From an uncultured cyanobacterium (GTDB lineage Bacteria; Cyanobacteriota; Cyanobacteriia; Cyanobacteriales; Nostocaceae), in contig OY970166.1 in assembly GCA_963706595.1 (NCBI GenBank), positions 224,001 through 288,000 of the forward strand: 64,000 nucleotides of DNA. Direction: 5' to 3'. Below, one piece after another: positions 29,489-39,169 of the stretch (the stretch's first letter is position 1; each line of letters starts with the position of its first letter). Position numbers and translations under genes: made by a program. The notes beneath the pieces are model-generated. The model saw nothing but the letters and a program-made list of their open reading frames with translations. It was not told the origin of the DNA and did no database searches.

Positions 29489-30871
29489 TCAAATTGCCCG
29501 CGAAAATTGTCTATCTTTGGTTTGATGATAGTTATCAAATATAACCGCGATATTTCTCACCAGTAACCTACCGATATCTGTAATCTGAATTTGCTTGGTT
29601 GATATGTTCACGAGTTCATCAGCTTGCAGTTGTGCTAATGCTTTTAACTCATGGTCAAAATATTGATCGAAAATGATGTGATATTTATCTTCAATATCTT
29701 GCTTATTTAGATGAAAGTGAGACATAATGCTTAAGATTACATCTCGTCTGATGATGTCGTCTTGACTCAGTTTAATTCCTTTACTAATGGGTAAAATATC
29801 TGCGGCGATCGCCTGATAATAATCCTTTAATTGTTTGTGGTTCTGCACATAGGCATCATTCAGCATACTGATGGATGTAGCACCAAATCCTAAGAGTTCC
29901 GTTCCCGCGTGGGTGGTGTATCCTTGAAAGTTGCGTTGGAGGGTGTGATTTTGTTGCGCGATCGCTAATTCATCGTTATGTTTGGCAAAATGATCCATGC
30001 CAATAAATAAATACTTACTACTGGTCAATTCCTCAATAGTCATCTTCAGAATTTCCAACTTTTCCTGGGGTTCTGGCAATGCTGCTTGAGGAATATTTTT
30101 TTGCGCTGGCTTCATCCACGGGACGTAGGCGAAGTTAAACACCACAATCCGGTTAGGATCTAATGCAATTGTCTTGTTGACAGTTTCTTGAAATGTCTGG
30201 AGAGTTTGATAAGGTAAACCATAAATTAGGTCTACATTCACACTGTCAAACTTGGCAGCTTTAATCCAGTCCATAACATCAAACAACAGTGCTTCTGGCT
30301 GGACGCGATTTACAGCTAATTGGACTTGGGGATTAAAATCCTGAATCCCAAAGCTAATGCGGTTAAACCCGACTTCGCGGAGAAAGAAAATATAGTCTTG
30401 ATCTACGTAGGCGGGATTAATTTCAATGGAAATTTCGGCTTGTGGATCAATATTAAAGTTATCTGTAATGTGTTTCCACAAGAATTTAACTTGATCTTGA
30501 TTTAAATAGTTAGGTGTACCACCACCCCAGTGAATTTGCAGAACTTTTCTCTGTGGATCAATCAAGGTTGCCATTTTCTTGATTTCTCGCACCAAATGTT
30601 CTAAGTAAGGTTTGGCGATATTCTTATTTTGGGAAATTACTGTATTACAGCCGCAGAAATAGCAAGCACTTTCACAAAAGGGAATATGGAAATATAAAGA
30701 CAGAGGTGATTTTCGGTAGTTGGAGGCGGCGATCGCACCGTGAAAATCAGTTACACTAAATTCTGTGCTTAACTCTGTAGCGGGTGGGTAACTCGTGTAT
30801 CTGGGTGCAGGATGATCATACTTTTTGATCATCTCTAGATCAAATTTGACACTAGGCAAGACAAAAACCAT
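29489..30871 (-). CDS. hemN: Oxygen-independent coproporphyrinogen III oxidase
   Basis: PRYTSYP, HIPFCESACYFCGC radical-SAM motif, GGGTP and RNFQGY. GGAGG RBS before ATG at 30871. Confidence 0.95.
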   Translation of the reverse strand: MVFVLPSVKFDLEMIKKYDHPAPRYTSYPPATELSTEFSVTDFHGAIAASNYRKSPLSLYFHIPFCESACYFCGCNTVISQNKNIAKPYLEHLVREIKKMATLIDPQRKVLQIHWGGGTPNYLNQDQVKFLWKHITDNFNIDPQAEISIEINPAYVDQDYIFFLREVGFNRISFGIQDFNPQVQLAVNRVQPEALLFDVMDWIKAAKFDSVNVDLIYGLPYQTLQTFQETVNKTIALDPNRIVVFNFAYVPWMKPAQKNIPQAALPEPQEKLEILKMTIEELTSSKYLFIGMDHFAKHNDELAIAQQNHTLQRNFQGYTTHAGTELLGFGATSISMLNDAYVQNHKQLKDYYQAIAADILPISKGIKLSQDDIIRRDVILSIMSHFHLNKQDIEDKYHIIFDQYFDHELKALAQLQADELVNISTKQIQITDIGRLLVRNIAVIFDNYHQTKDRQFSRAI

Positions 30872-31239
30872 CAAAACCTCCAAGAAACTGCGATCATTCC
30901 GCCTCATGTAGCGCTGCGGAAATTAAACTACCAATAAAATCTGTATACTCTGTTGTCTAGTGTAGAGAGTCGCGGGAGTGCGTGATGTGTTGACTCCCAC
31001 CAAACAGCCTCAATAATCTGAAATGATCGCATTTGTCGGTTTTGGCGATCATTTTTTCTCCCACCAAATTATTTAACTATCAATATTTGTACAACTAGAA
31101 AGCTATTAAGTTTTCTTTATATTTTTTCTGGTTGTAATGGGGGTTTTGTGGAATTTATACGCACTGGCGTTAGGCGAAATTATGGTTAAACGAACCGCAA
31201 AGTACGCAAAGGAAGAAGGAAGAATTTTCGCGGATCTCT

Positions 31240-31282
31240 AGAACCTCACCCCCAACCCCTCTCCTTAGTAAGGAGAGGGGAG
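31240..31282. repeat. AGAACCTCACCCCC..CCCCTCTCCTT..AAGGAGAGGGG hairpin repeat
   Basis: Same family at 47306-47350 and 47426-47643. Related variants at about 36548-36590 and 48233-48272. Confidence 0.75.
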
Positions 31283-31456
31283 AATAAGGAGTGTAGGGTG
31301 TGTTCAACGCACCATCTTTAATTCTCGAAGCAGAGGGGATAACTAAGGACTAATGACTCCACGTTGTGGGTTGACTTTTAGATAATTTAACTGATGTGTT
31401 GTTTCTATAATTTATGCTTATATAACTATTAAAAGGTAAAACATGAAAGCAGTCTC

Positions 31457-32534
31457 ATGGTTAAGTCTCTCGAAACCCCCGACCCGGAATTACTGAAGCC
31501 TGGGATTAAAGCCCCTGTTCAAGAAACGTTGTTAACACCCCGGTTTTACACCACTGACTTTGATGCGGTGGCAAATTTGGATATTTCGGCCAATGAGGCT
31601 GAGTTACAGGCGGTGGTGGAGGAGTTGCGGGCTGACTATAATCGCCATCACTTTGTGCGCGATGAGGAGTTTAAGCAATCTTGGGATCACGTTGAGGGAG
31701 AAAAACGCCGCGCTTTTATTGACTTTTTGGAGCGTTCATGCACTTCGGAGTTTTCGGGGTTTTTGCTGTTTAAAGAATTATCCCGTCGTCTAAAAGCCAA
31801 AAATCCTCTGTTGGCTGATGCTTTTAATTATATGGCACGGGATGAAGCCCGCCATGCCGGATTTCTGAATAAATCAATGGCAGATTTTAATCTGTCTCTG
31901 GATTTAAGCTATTTAACTAAACATCGCACATATACTTTTTTCCCGCCAGAGTGGGTAATTTACACTGTCTACCTATCGGAAAAGATTGGTTACTGGCGTT
32001 ATATTTTAGTTCATCGTCATATCCAGGAAAATCCTGAATATCAATTTTATCCTCTGTTCCGTAAGTTTGAAAGTTGGTGTCAGGACGAAAACCGACACGG
32101 CGATTTCTTTAAGGCATTATTGCGATCGCAACCAAAATTATGGAACAATTGGCGAGCGCGGTTGTGGGTACGTTTCTTTTTGCTCACTGTATTTGTCACC
32201 CATACCATTACAGTCTTTGAACGGGCGACATTTTATGAAGCCATTGGTATACATCCCCGCAAATACAATAATAGAGTCATTGAGGAGACAAATAATACCT
32301 CATCACGGGCATTTCCTCTGATTTTGGATACTAATCACCCGCAGTTTTTCTGGCGGTTAGAACAGTGTTTTCTCAGGTACTCAAAGATTGACGGAAATTA
32401 AAGAAAGTCATCGTTCTCCATTTGTCAAGTTCTGGCAAAAAATCCCCCCCATGTTCTCGATTATTTCTAATATGTTGCGGCTGTATCTGATTAAACCCAT
32501 TGATGCAGAATTAACACGCGCCACAGTTCGTTAA
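31457..32534 (+). CDS. acsF: Mg-protoporphyrin IX monomethyl ester oxidative cyclase (probably the second, low-oxygen type), with a +1 frameshift near 32370
   Basis: LTPRFYTTDF, RDEARHAG, YLSEKIGYWRY and DENRHGD motifs. Removing one T at 32368-32371 restores a C-terminus ...LRLYLIKPIDAELTRATVR* (358 aa). Confidence 0.9.
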
Positions 32535-32565
32535 ACATCAAATGCGGCAAATATCGAGAGGCTCA

Positions 32566-32597
32566 GATCCCCGACTTCTTGAAGAAGTCGGGGATCT
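32566..32597. repeat. Palindromic repeat AGATCCCCGACTTCTTGAAGAAGTCGGGGATCT
   Basis: Near-identical copy at about 45102-45135. May double as the acsF terminator (T-tract follows). Confidence 0.8.
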
Positions 32598-32694
32598 TTT
32601 TGTTTTGTGTGAAAATCATTGCTGATTACCTCCCCGCAGAGATAAAAACTTTGTATCCTAAATTTATATGAGTTAATATTTCTTTGAAAAATTT

Positions 32695-34968
32695 GTGCAG
32701 GAAGATTTTAGACTAATCGTTGATTTAGTTACAGTTCTCGCCGTCGCCGCCTGTGGTGGGCTTTTGGCTTCACTTTTACGCCAACCTGTGCTGTTGGGCT
32801 ATCTGATCGGCGGGATGATTGTCGGACCAGCCGGTTTGGGAGTGATTAAGGAAGTTATTCAAGTAGAAACACTGGCTCAGTTTGGTGTCGCCTTTTTATT
32901 ATTTGCTTTGGGTGTGGAATTTTCCTTTGCTGAACTAAAAAAAGTCAAGGCGATCGCATTGGGAGGAGGTGGGCTACAAATTGTCTTAACGATTCTGTTC
33001 ACCGTGATAGTGTGCGAAATCACCGGTGCTGGGGAAGATTTACCTGCTAAAGGTGTATTTTTAGGATCAATTTTATCTTTATCTTCAACCGCAGTTGTCC
33101 TCAAATGCTTAATGGAGCGTAACGAAACAGAAACGCCCCACGGACAAGTGATGCTAGGGATTTTGGTAGTCCAGGATTTAGCACTAGGACTAATGATTGC
33201 TGTCTTACCAGCCTTGAACCAACCAGCCGAAACTATTGGAATTGCAGTTCTCACAGCGCTGTTACGTCTGGCTTTATTTGCTGGGGGTGCAGTAGTGGCC
33301 GGGATTTGGCTAATTCCGCGTTTGTTGCGAATCCTCGCCCGCACGGAAAGCCGAGAATTATTTTTATTAGGTGTGGTAACGCTGTGTTTAGGGATTGCAT
33401 TACTAACTGAACATTTGGGACTTTCGATTGAAATGGGGGCGTTTGTCGCTGGTTTAATGATATCAGAGGTGGAATACGCCGACCAAACCTTAACTTATGT
33501 CGAACCACTGCGAGATATTTTTGCTAGTTTATTTTTTGTCGCCATTGGGATGTTAATTGACCCAGTGTTTTTATGGAAGAATATCGAATTGATTTTGGTA
33601 TTGGTAGCACTGGTATTTGTCGGTAAATTTTTAATTATCACGCCATTAGTAAAACTGTTTCGCTATCCGTTGAAAACAGCTTTAATTGCTGGGCTAGGAC
33701 TGGCGCAAATTGGGGAGTTTTCCTTTGTGTTAGCCAGTGAAGGGCAGGCTTTGGGCTTAGTTTCTCGGCGCATATATTTGCTGATTTTAGGAACCACAGC
33801 AGTTACTTTAATGCTGACTCCCTTTGTGTTGCGATTAGTGCCATTTTTATTTAATTTTGCCGAATCAATGCCTTGGTTGCAACCCTATTTAGAAGAAAAT
33901 TATCCCCGTGATGTTTCGGATAATTTACCTTCAAAAAGTCATGTTGTCGTCTGCGGTTATGGGCGAGTGGGTAAGAATTTGGTGAGGTTGTTACAAAAAC
34001 ACGATTTACCTGTGGTAGTTATCGACCAATCAGAAAGCAGGATACAGCAATTACGCGAGGAGGGAGTACCTTATGTTTATGGTAATTGTGTGAGTCTTCA
34101 CGTTTTGGAAACTGCGGGGGTAAATAATGCCAAGGGAATGGCGATCGCACTTCCTGATCCTATGAGTACGCGACTGTCTCTGAAACGGGCGTTAGAGTTA
34201 TGTCCAGAATTAGATTTGGTTGTCCGTGCGACTCAAGATAAAAATATTGAATTGTTGTATCAATTGGGCGCGAAGGAAGTAGTCCAACCAGAATTTGAAG
34301 CTAGTTTAGAAATGGCTAGTCATTTATTAACAGGCTTAGGATTTTCATCCTTTGTAGTCCAACAGGAAATGAAGCAAATTCGTAACGATCATTATTTAAC
34401 ATTACGACCAGAGCGATCGCCTGCACAAGTTTCCCGTGATTTGCAGCAAGCTACTCGTGATTTAAATCGCCGTTGGTATACCCTACCAGATGCTTCACCC
34501 CTGATTGATATGAGTGTAGGCGAAGCGGATATTCGCTACTTAACAGGCGCAAGTTTGATGGCGATTCGCCGGGCTAACGAAGTCGAAATAGATTATCCCG
34601 ATGCTAGAACTATTTTAGAAGCAGGCGATCGCTTGTTATTAGTGGGCGCATCTGAGGAATTAGCCGCTTTAGAAGAATTTGCTCAGGGAAAAGTGGCTGT
34701 TCCTGGAGAAAATAAAGCTTGTCAGTGGATTATCGTTCATTCTGATTGTCCAGTTTTAGGAATCACCCTTGCAGATTTGGATCTGCATCCACAATCAGGA
34801 ATCCAAGTACAAGCGATGCGACGAGATGGTAAATTTATCCGTAGTCCTGAGCAAAAAACCGATTTGCGAGTTGGCGATCAATTGCTGTTCTGCGGTAAAT
34901 TGTCGAGTTTAAATCAACTCCAACCATTTTTTGCTAGCAGCACAACACCTTTAAAATCTTATTCTTGA
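32695..34968 (+). CDS. CPA2 cation:proton antiporter with TrkA-N and TrkA-C domains (KefB/KefC-like)
   Basis: LGVEFS, LSLSST, VVQDL and LAQIGEFSFV motifs. VVCGYGRVG Rossmann fold and two RCK-C repeats. Confidence 0.92.
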   Translation: MQEDFRLIVDLVTVLAVAACGGLLASLLRQPVLLGYLIGGMIVGPAGLGVIKEVIQVETLAQFGVAFLLFALGVEFSFAELKKVKAIALGGGGLQIVLTILFTVIVCEITGAGEDLPAKGVFLGSILSLSSTAVVLKCLMERNETETPHGQVMLGILVVQDLALGLMIAVLPALNQPAETIGIAVLTALLRLALFAGGAVVAGIWLIPRLLRILARTESRELFLLGVVTLCLGIALLTEHLGLSIEMGAFVAGLMISEVEYADQTLTYVEPLRDIFASLFFVAIGMLIDPVFLWKNIELILVLVALVFVGKFLIITPLVKLFRYPLKTALIAGLGLAQIGEFSFVLASEGQALGLVSRRIYLLILGTTAVTLMLTPFVLRLVPFLFNFAESMPWLQPYLEENYPRDVSDNLPSKSHVVVCGYGRVGKNLVRLLQKHDLPVVVIDQSESRIQQLREEGVPYVYGNCVSLHVLETAGVNNAKGMAIALPDPMSTRLSLKRALELCPELDLVVRATQDKNIELLYQLGAKEVVQPEFEASLEMASHLLTGLGFSSFVVQQEMKQIRNDHYLTLRPERSPAQVSRDLQQATRDLNRRWYTLPDASPLIDMSVGEADIRYLTGASLMAIRRANEVEIDYPDARTILEAGDRLLLVGASEELAALEEFAQGKVAVPGENKACQWIIVHSDCPVLGITLADLDLHPQSGIQVQAMRRDGKFIRSPEQKTDLRVGDQLLFCGKLSSLNQLQPFFASSTTPLKSYS

Positions 34969-34985
34969 CCACCTTGTAGAGACGC

Positions 34986-35045
34986 GATTCATCGCGTCTT
35001 GATTCATCGCGTCTTGATTCATCGCGTCTTGATTCATCACGTCTC
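34986..35045. repeat. REP-derived tandem repeat, 15 bp x 4 (GATTCATCGCGTCTT)
   Basis: Four head-to-tail units following GTAGAGACGC. Confidence 0.9.
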
Positions 35046-35049
35046 AGGA

Positions 35050-35265
35050 TTACTTCGACTTATGGTAAGCGATCGCCTGTTTCCAAATAGTTGTTTGCCG
35101 ATTATAATCATCCACAAGACAAACACAGTTGTGATCTTGCCAAGCAACCTTACCTGTCAACAGATCACCCGTTACCAATTTTAACTCGATCACTGTTTTT
35201 TGTTTAATGAGTTCTTGTAGTTGGCGAATGCTAGGTAATGACGTATCAAATTCAATTGTAGGCAT
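35050..35265 (-). CDS. hfq: Cyanobacterial Hfq homolog
   Basis: FDTSLPSIRQ, ELKLVTGD...GK..WQD and IWKQAIAY motifs. Divergent from dapF. Confidence 0.92.
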   Translation of the reverse strand: MPTIEFDTSLPSIRQLQELIKQKTVIELKLVTGDLLTGKVAWQDHNCVCLVDDYNRQTTIWKQAIAYHKSK

Positions 35266-35277
35266 TTTTAGTTATAA

Positions 35278-35314
35278 GGGAGTAGGGAGTAGGGAGTAGG
35301 GAGTAGGGAGTAGG
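35278..35314. repeat. STRR heptamer tandem repeat (GGGAGTA)n
   Basis: About five tandem heptamers just upstream of hfq. Confidence 0.85.
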
Positions 35315-35400
35315 ACTGGGAAAATTATTTGCTCTTATTTAACCCAATATCAGATACTCAATACCCCATCTCTAATCATTCATAATTGATCATCGAAAAA

Positions 35401-36240
35401 ATGGCAATCGAATTTACTAAGTATCACGGTCTGGGAAACGATTTTATTTTAGTTGACAATCGCGCGTCATCCTTGCCACTATTGACTCCTGAGCAAGCAA
35501 TTCAATTGTGCGATCGCCACTTTGGTATCGGTGCTGATGGTGTAATTTTTGCTTTACCGGGAGAAAACGGTGCAGATTATACCATGCGGATTTTTAATTC
35601 CGACGGTTCAGAACCGGAAATGTGTGGGAATGGGATTCGCTGTTTAGGTAGATTTATCGCCGATTTAGAAGGCGAATCTCGAAACAAAGACTCATATCAG
35701 ATTCATACCTTAGCTGGGATGATTACACCTCAACTGATGGCTGATGGTCAAGTTAAGGTAGATATGGGTTTACCAAGATTACTAGCTGGAGAAATTCCCA
35801 CTACCTTGGGTACTGCTGAGACAAAAGTAATTAATCAACCCATAGAAGTAGCGGGTCAAACTTGGGAAGTCACCTGTGTGAGTATGGGAAATCCCCACTG
35901 TATAACCTTTGTGTCAGACGTTGCTGCTATTCCCTTAGAAAGTATCGGACCCCAATTTGAACATCACCCAGCCTTTCCTCAACGCATAAATACTGAATTT
36001 ATTCAAGTCGTCAGTCGAGACTATGTAAAAATGCGGGTATGGGAACGAGGAGCAGGTATAACATTAGCCTGTGGTACAGGTGCTTGTGCTGCCTTAGTTG
36101 CTGGGGTACTGACTGGAAATTGCGATCGCATCGCCACCGTAGAATTACCTGGTGGACTCTTGCAAATTGAATGGTCAGAAATCGACCAACGAGTTTACAT
36201 GACAGGTCCCGCCCAACTCGTATTCACAGGAAAACTATAA
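35401..36240 (+). CDS. dapF: Diaminopimelate epimerase
   Basis: [21 protein letters not shown] and [13 protein letters not shown] motifs. Confidence 0.97.
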   Translation: MAIEFTKYHGLGNDFILVDNRASSLPLLTPEQAIQLCDRHFGIGADGVIFALPGENGADYTMRIFNSDGSEPEMCGNGIRCLGRFIADLEGESRNKDSYQIHTLAGMITPQLMADGQVKVDMGLPRLLAGEIPTTLGTAETKVINQPIEVAGQTWEVTCVSMGNPHCITFVSDVAAIPLESIGPQFEHHPAFPQRINTEFIQVVSRDYVKMRVWERGAGITLACGTGACAALVAGVLTGNCDRIATVELPGGLLQIEWSEIDQRVYMTGPAQLVFTGKL

Positions 36241-36246
36241 CAGCTT

Positions 36247-36616
36247 GTAGTGAGGGCTTCAGCCCTCCTCATATATTAGACATCTCCAGAAATTAAATAT
36301 GCGTATCCTAGAACCCTTGTAGAGACGTTCCATGGAACGTCTCTACATTCTTTTTCGGAGAGGTCTATTTATATTATGTTCAGTTAATCACTGATAATTA
36401 AAGTAGGTTGGGTAAAGGAACGTTAACGTAGTTTACCGAAGGCGTAACCCAACATCTTCAGAAATTTGTTGGGTTTCACTTTGTTCAACCCAACCTACAA
36501 TTTTCTTAACACCAAGCCTATGGCAATATAAAGGTTTCTAATCATAGTCCCCTCCTCGCTTGCGGGGAGGGGGTTGGGGGTGGGGTTCTTGTATCTCACT
36601 CAATCAAGAAACGCTC
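36247..36616. repeat. Mosaic of MITE-like and REP elements
   Basis: MITE 36277-36367 (TAGACATCTCCAGAAA / TTTCGGAGAGGTCTA) with an internal GTAGAGACGTTCCATGGAACGTCTCTAC. An inverted GTAGGTTGGG REP pair and a CCCCTCC..GGGGAGGGG repeat follow. Confidence 0.7.
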
Positions 36617-36631
36617 TAATGACTATTTTAA

Positions 36632-37723
36632 CTACACATTAAAGCGGAATAACATTACATCCCCTTCTTGCACAATATACTCTTTTCCTTCACTGCGAAC
36701 TAAGCCTTTCTCCTTCGCCGCATTCATCGACCCGTGCGTAACTAAAGCCTCATAAGCAACGGTTTCAGCGCGAATAAATCCCCGTTCAAAATCAGAGTGA
36801 ATCACACCAGCCGCTTGGGGTGCAGACATTCCCGCGTTAATTGTCCAAGCGCGGGTTTCTTTCGGACCACAGGTGAAATATGTCCGCAAACCTAACAGGG
36901 TGTAAGTAGCCCGAATTAGAGATTTTAAACCGCCTTCTTTAACACCTAAAGATTCCAGAAAATCCGCCTTATCTTCTTCTGGTAATTCCACTAATTCAGC
37001 TTCAACTTGCGCCGAAACAATCACAACTTGGGCATTTTCACTAGCTGCAACTTCCCGGACTTTTTCTACAAAATCATTACCCGTTGCTAATTCCTCTTCA
37101 GAAACATTAGCTGCGTAAATAATTGGTTTATTGGTTAGTAATTCGAGTCCCTTAATAATCTCTGCTTCTTCTTCAGATAAACTTACCTGACGGACAGATT
37201 GACCTTCATTTAAAGCAGCAACTAATTTTTCCAGAATGGTGATTTCAAACTGTGCATCTTTACTGGTACGCGCTTGTTTACGAGTGCGGTCAATTCGGCG
37301 CTCAATTTGCGCTAAATCGGATAAACCCAGTTCTAAATTAATGATTTCAATATCTCGTGCTGGGTCAATAGAACCGGCGACGTGAATAATATCTTCATTT
37401 TCAAAACAACGCACCACATGGATAATTGCATCAACTTCACGGATGTGGGACAAAAATTGATTACCTAGTCCTTCTCCTTGACTAGCTCCTTTAACCAAGC
37501 CGGCGATATCGACAAACTCAACCCGTGCTGGTATAGTTTGTACGGAACTAGCAATGTTAGCCAGAACATTTAAACGCTCATCCGGTACTGAGACGATGCC
37601 CACATTCGGTTCAATCGTGCAGAAGGGAAAGTTAGCTGCTTCGGCTTTGGCGTTCGCCACTACAGCATTAAATAAAGTAGATTTTCCGACGTTGGGAAGT
37701 CCGACAATTCCGGCTCTTAGCAT
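36632..37723 (-). CDS. ychF: Redox-regulated ATPase YchF
   Basis: GIVGLPNVGKSTLFN, NFPFCTIEPN, DIAGLVKGAS and a C-terminal TGS domain. Confidence 0.98.
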   Translation of the reverse strand: MLRAGIVGLPNVGKSTLFNAVVANAKAEAANFPFCTIEPNVGIVSVPDERLNVLANIASSVQTIPARVEFVDIAGLVKGASQGEGLGNQFLSHIREVDAIIHVVRCFENEDIIHVAGSIDPARDIEIINLELGLSDLAQIERRIDRTRKQARTSKDAQFEITILEKLVAALNEGQSVRQVSLSEEEAEIIKGLELLTNKPIIYAANVSEEELATGNDFVEKVREVAASENAQVVIVSAQVEAELVELPEEDKADFLESLGVKEGGLKSLIRATYTLLGLRTYFTCGPKETRAWTINAGMSAPQAAGVIHSDFERGFIRAETVAYEALVTHGSMNAAKEKGLVRSEGKEYIVQEGDVMLFRFNV

Positions 37724-37758
37724 TTTCGATTGGATATTTTGTTAACTACAAAGTCAAT

Positions 37759-38022
37759 TTAAACAGGTTCAGGGATGGTTTGGGGGATTGTCCCTGGAAC
37801 CGTTTGGGGAATAGGTGCTGGTACTGTTTGGGGAATGGGGGTTGGGACTGGTTCTGGAACTGGTTCTGGTATTGGTTGGGGAATGGGGGCTGGTACTGGT
37901 TCGGGACTGGGTAATGGGTTCGGTTCAGTGTTGGGTATTTGTGGTTCTGGTACAGAAATAGCGGTGGGATAAATCACGGTAGGTCTAATTTGATTATTTG
38001 ACTTTTCCACCCTAAATGACAA
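37759..38022 (-). CDS. Small proline-rich repeat protein (start uncertain)
   Basis: Tandem PxPIPQ(T/P)V-type units whose codons vary at synonymous positions, suggesting a coding repeat. Confidence 0.5.
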   Translation of the reverse strand: MSFRVEKSNNQIRPTVIYPTAISVPEPQIPNTEPNPLPSPEPVPAPIPQPIPEPVPEPVPTPIPQTVPAPIPQTVPGTIPQTIPEPV

Positions 38023-38122
38023 CCCAGACTACCGACATCTCCCAAAATGGCTATCCCAGCTAAATATTAATCTAATAATGGGCGACAGTAACATTACGAG
38101 TATTATATGTATTAGCATTTTA

Positions 38123-39050
38123 TTAACGCGAATCTGCAATGATAGCGTCAATTTCATTATTTAATTCATCCAAAGGTATAGTCAGGCGTTGAAAACATAA
38201 CTGATAATTATAATTTGCATCTTCCTCAGACCATTTCAAACTCGATATGGGATCGTTCATGTTAAAGTAACGAAAACCTTCATAGAATTGACAATCTTCT
38301 TCTATAATGGGTAATAGCGCCACACATAATAGATTCAAAAAAGCGATAAGTCCAGATAAAATCCCCACTGGGACAAAAGAACAAATTACTAGAATCAGGC
38401 TAGAAAATGAAAATAGTCTTCGTCCCATAGCTTTAAACAGGGAATACACGACCTCGATTAGACGACCATAAAGTAACCACCGTTTAAACTGAGTTTTATT
38501 AGTTTAGATAGAATAGGAAGTTTCAACTTTCTCAATAAACGGTTTGTAACATAACTTTTTAAACGCATCTTCAACTTTTTCTTTATTTTGTTCGGAGATT
38601 GTCTAATGGTTATGAAAATAAAAACCGAATACCCAAATTTTCTTTATTGGAAAGTTTAAAAGGAGAACCGGGAAATGCGTTTTTGTACCAATTTTCGATT
38701 GTATCTCGTCGTTTACCAGTCACTAATCCAGCAAAGGAAATGTTAGTATTTCGTTTGCTAGACCAAAGTTGACGACAGTATTCAAAGGCTCCTCTAGAAA
38801 AAATTAAATTTCTTTTGATAGAGCCAATTTGTGTACTAGGTTGAGAATGCCCTATTTTTAGTAAATTCAGTTCTGGCACTTCATCGATACCCACTTGATA
38901 TTGAAGATTAAAAATTTTCTTCAGAGTCAAGAACATATAATTATTTTCTGGTGGAATATGAACGATATAATCAGATTCCATTAGTGCATGAGTTAGGCGT
39001 ATAGACTGAATTAAATTAAAGGGAAGGTTAAGACTAAATGATTTTTTCAT
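38123..39050 (-). pseudogene. Exostosin/GT47-like putative glycosyltransferase with multiple frameshifts
   Basis: Frame-stitching gives ...FAGLVT..R...LWSSNRGRVFPV-KA-WDEDYFHFL..S.FVL-CPSGDFIWTYRFFESIMCGAI-PIIEED. Confidence 0.6.
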
Positions 39051-39169
39051 TAGCTTTCTTGGAGTAAGGTTAATTTGATATTACTGGATAAAAACTTATT
39101 TTTAGCTTTGGCTATAAAAATACCCTAATAAATTCTAGATTATATCATTAGCGGTTCGTTTTTACAAAA

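Noticed and set aside
32360..32401. Programmed frameshifting in acsF, pilT or the kinase
   Set aside because: No slippery heptamer or stimulatory structure seen; error or mutation is simpler.
34986..35045. Possible CRISPR array
   Set aside because: 15-bp units are head-to-tail with no spacers, and there are no cas genes in the window.
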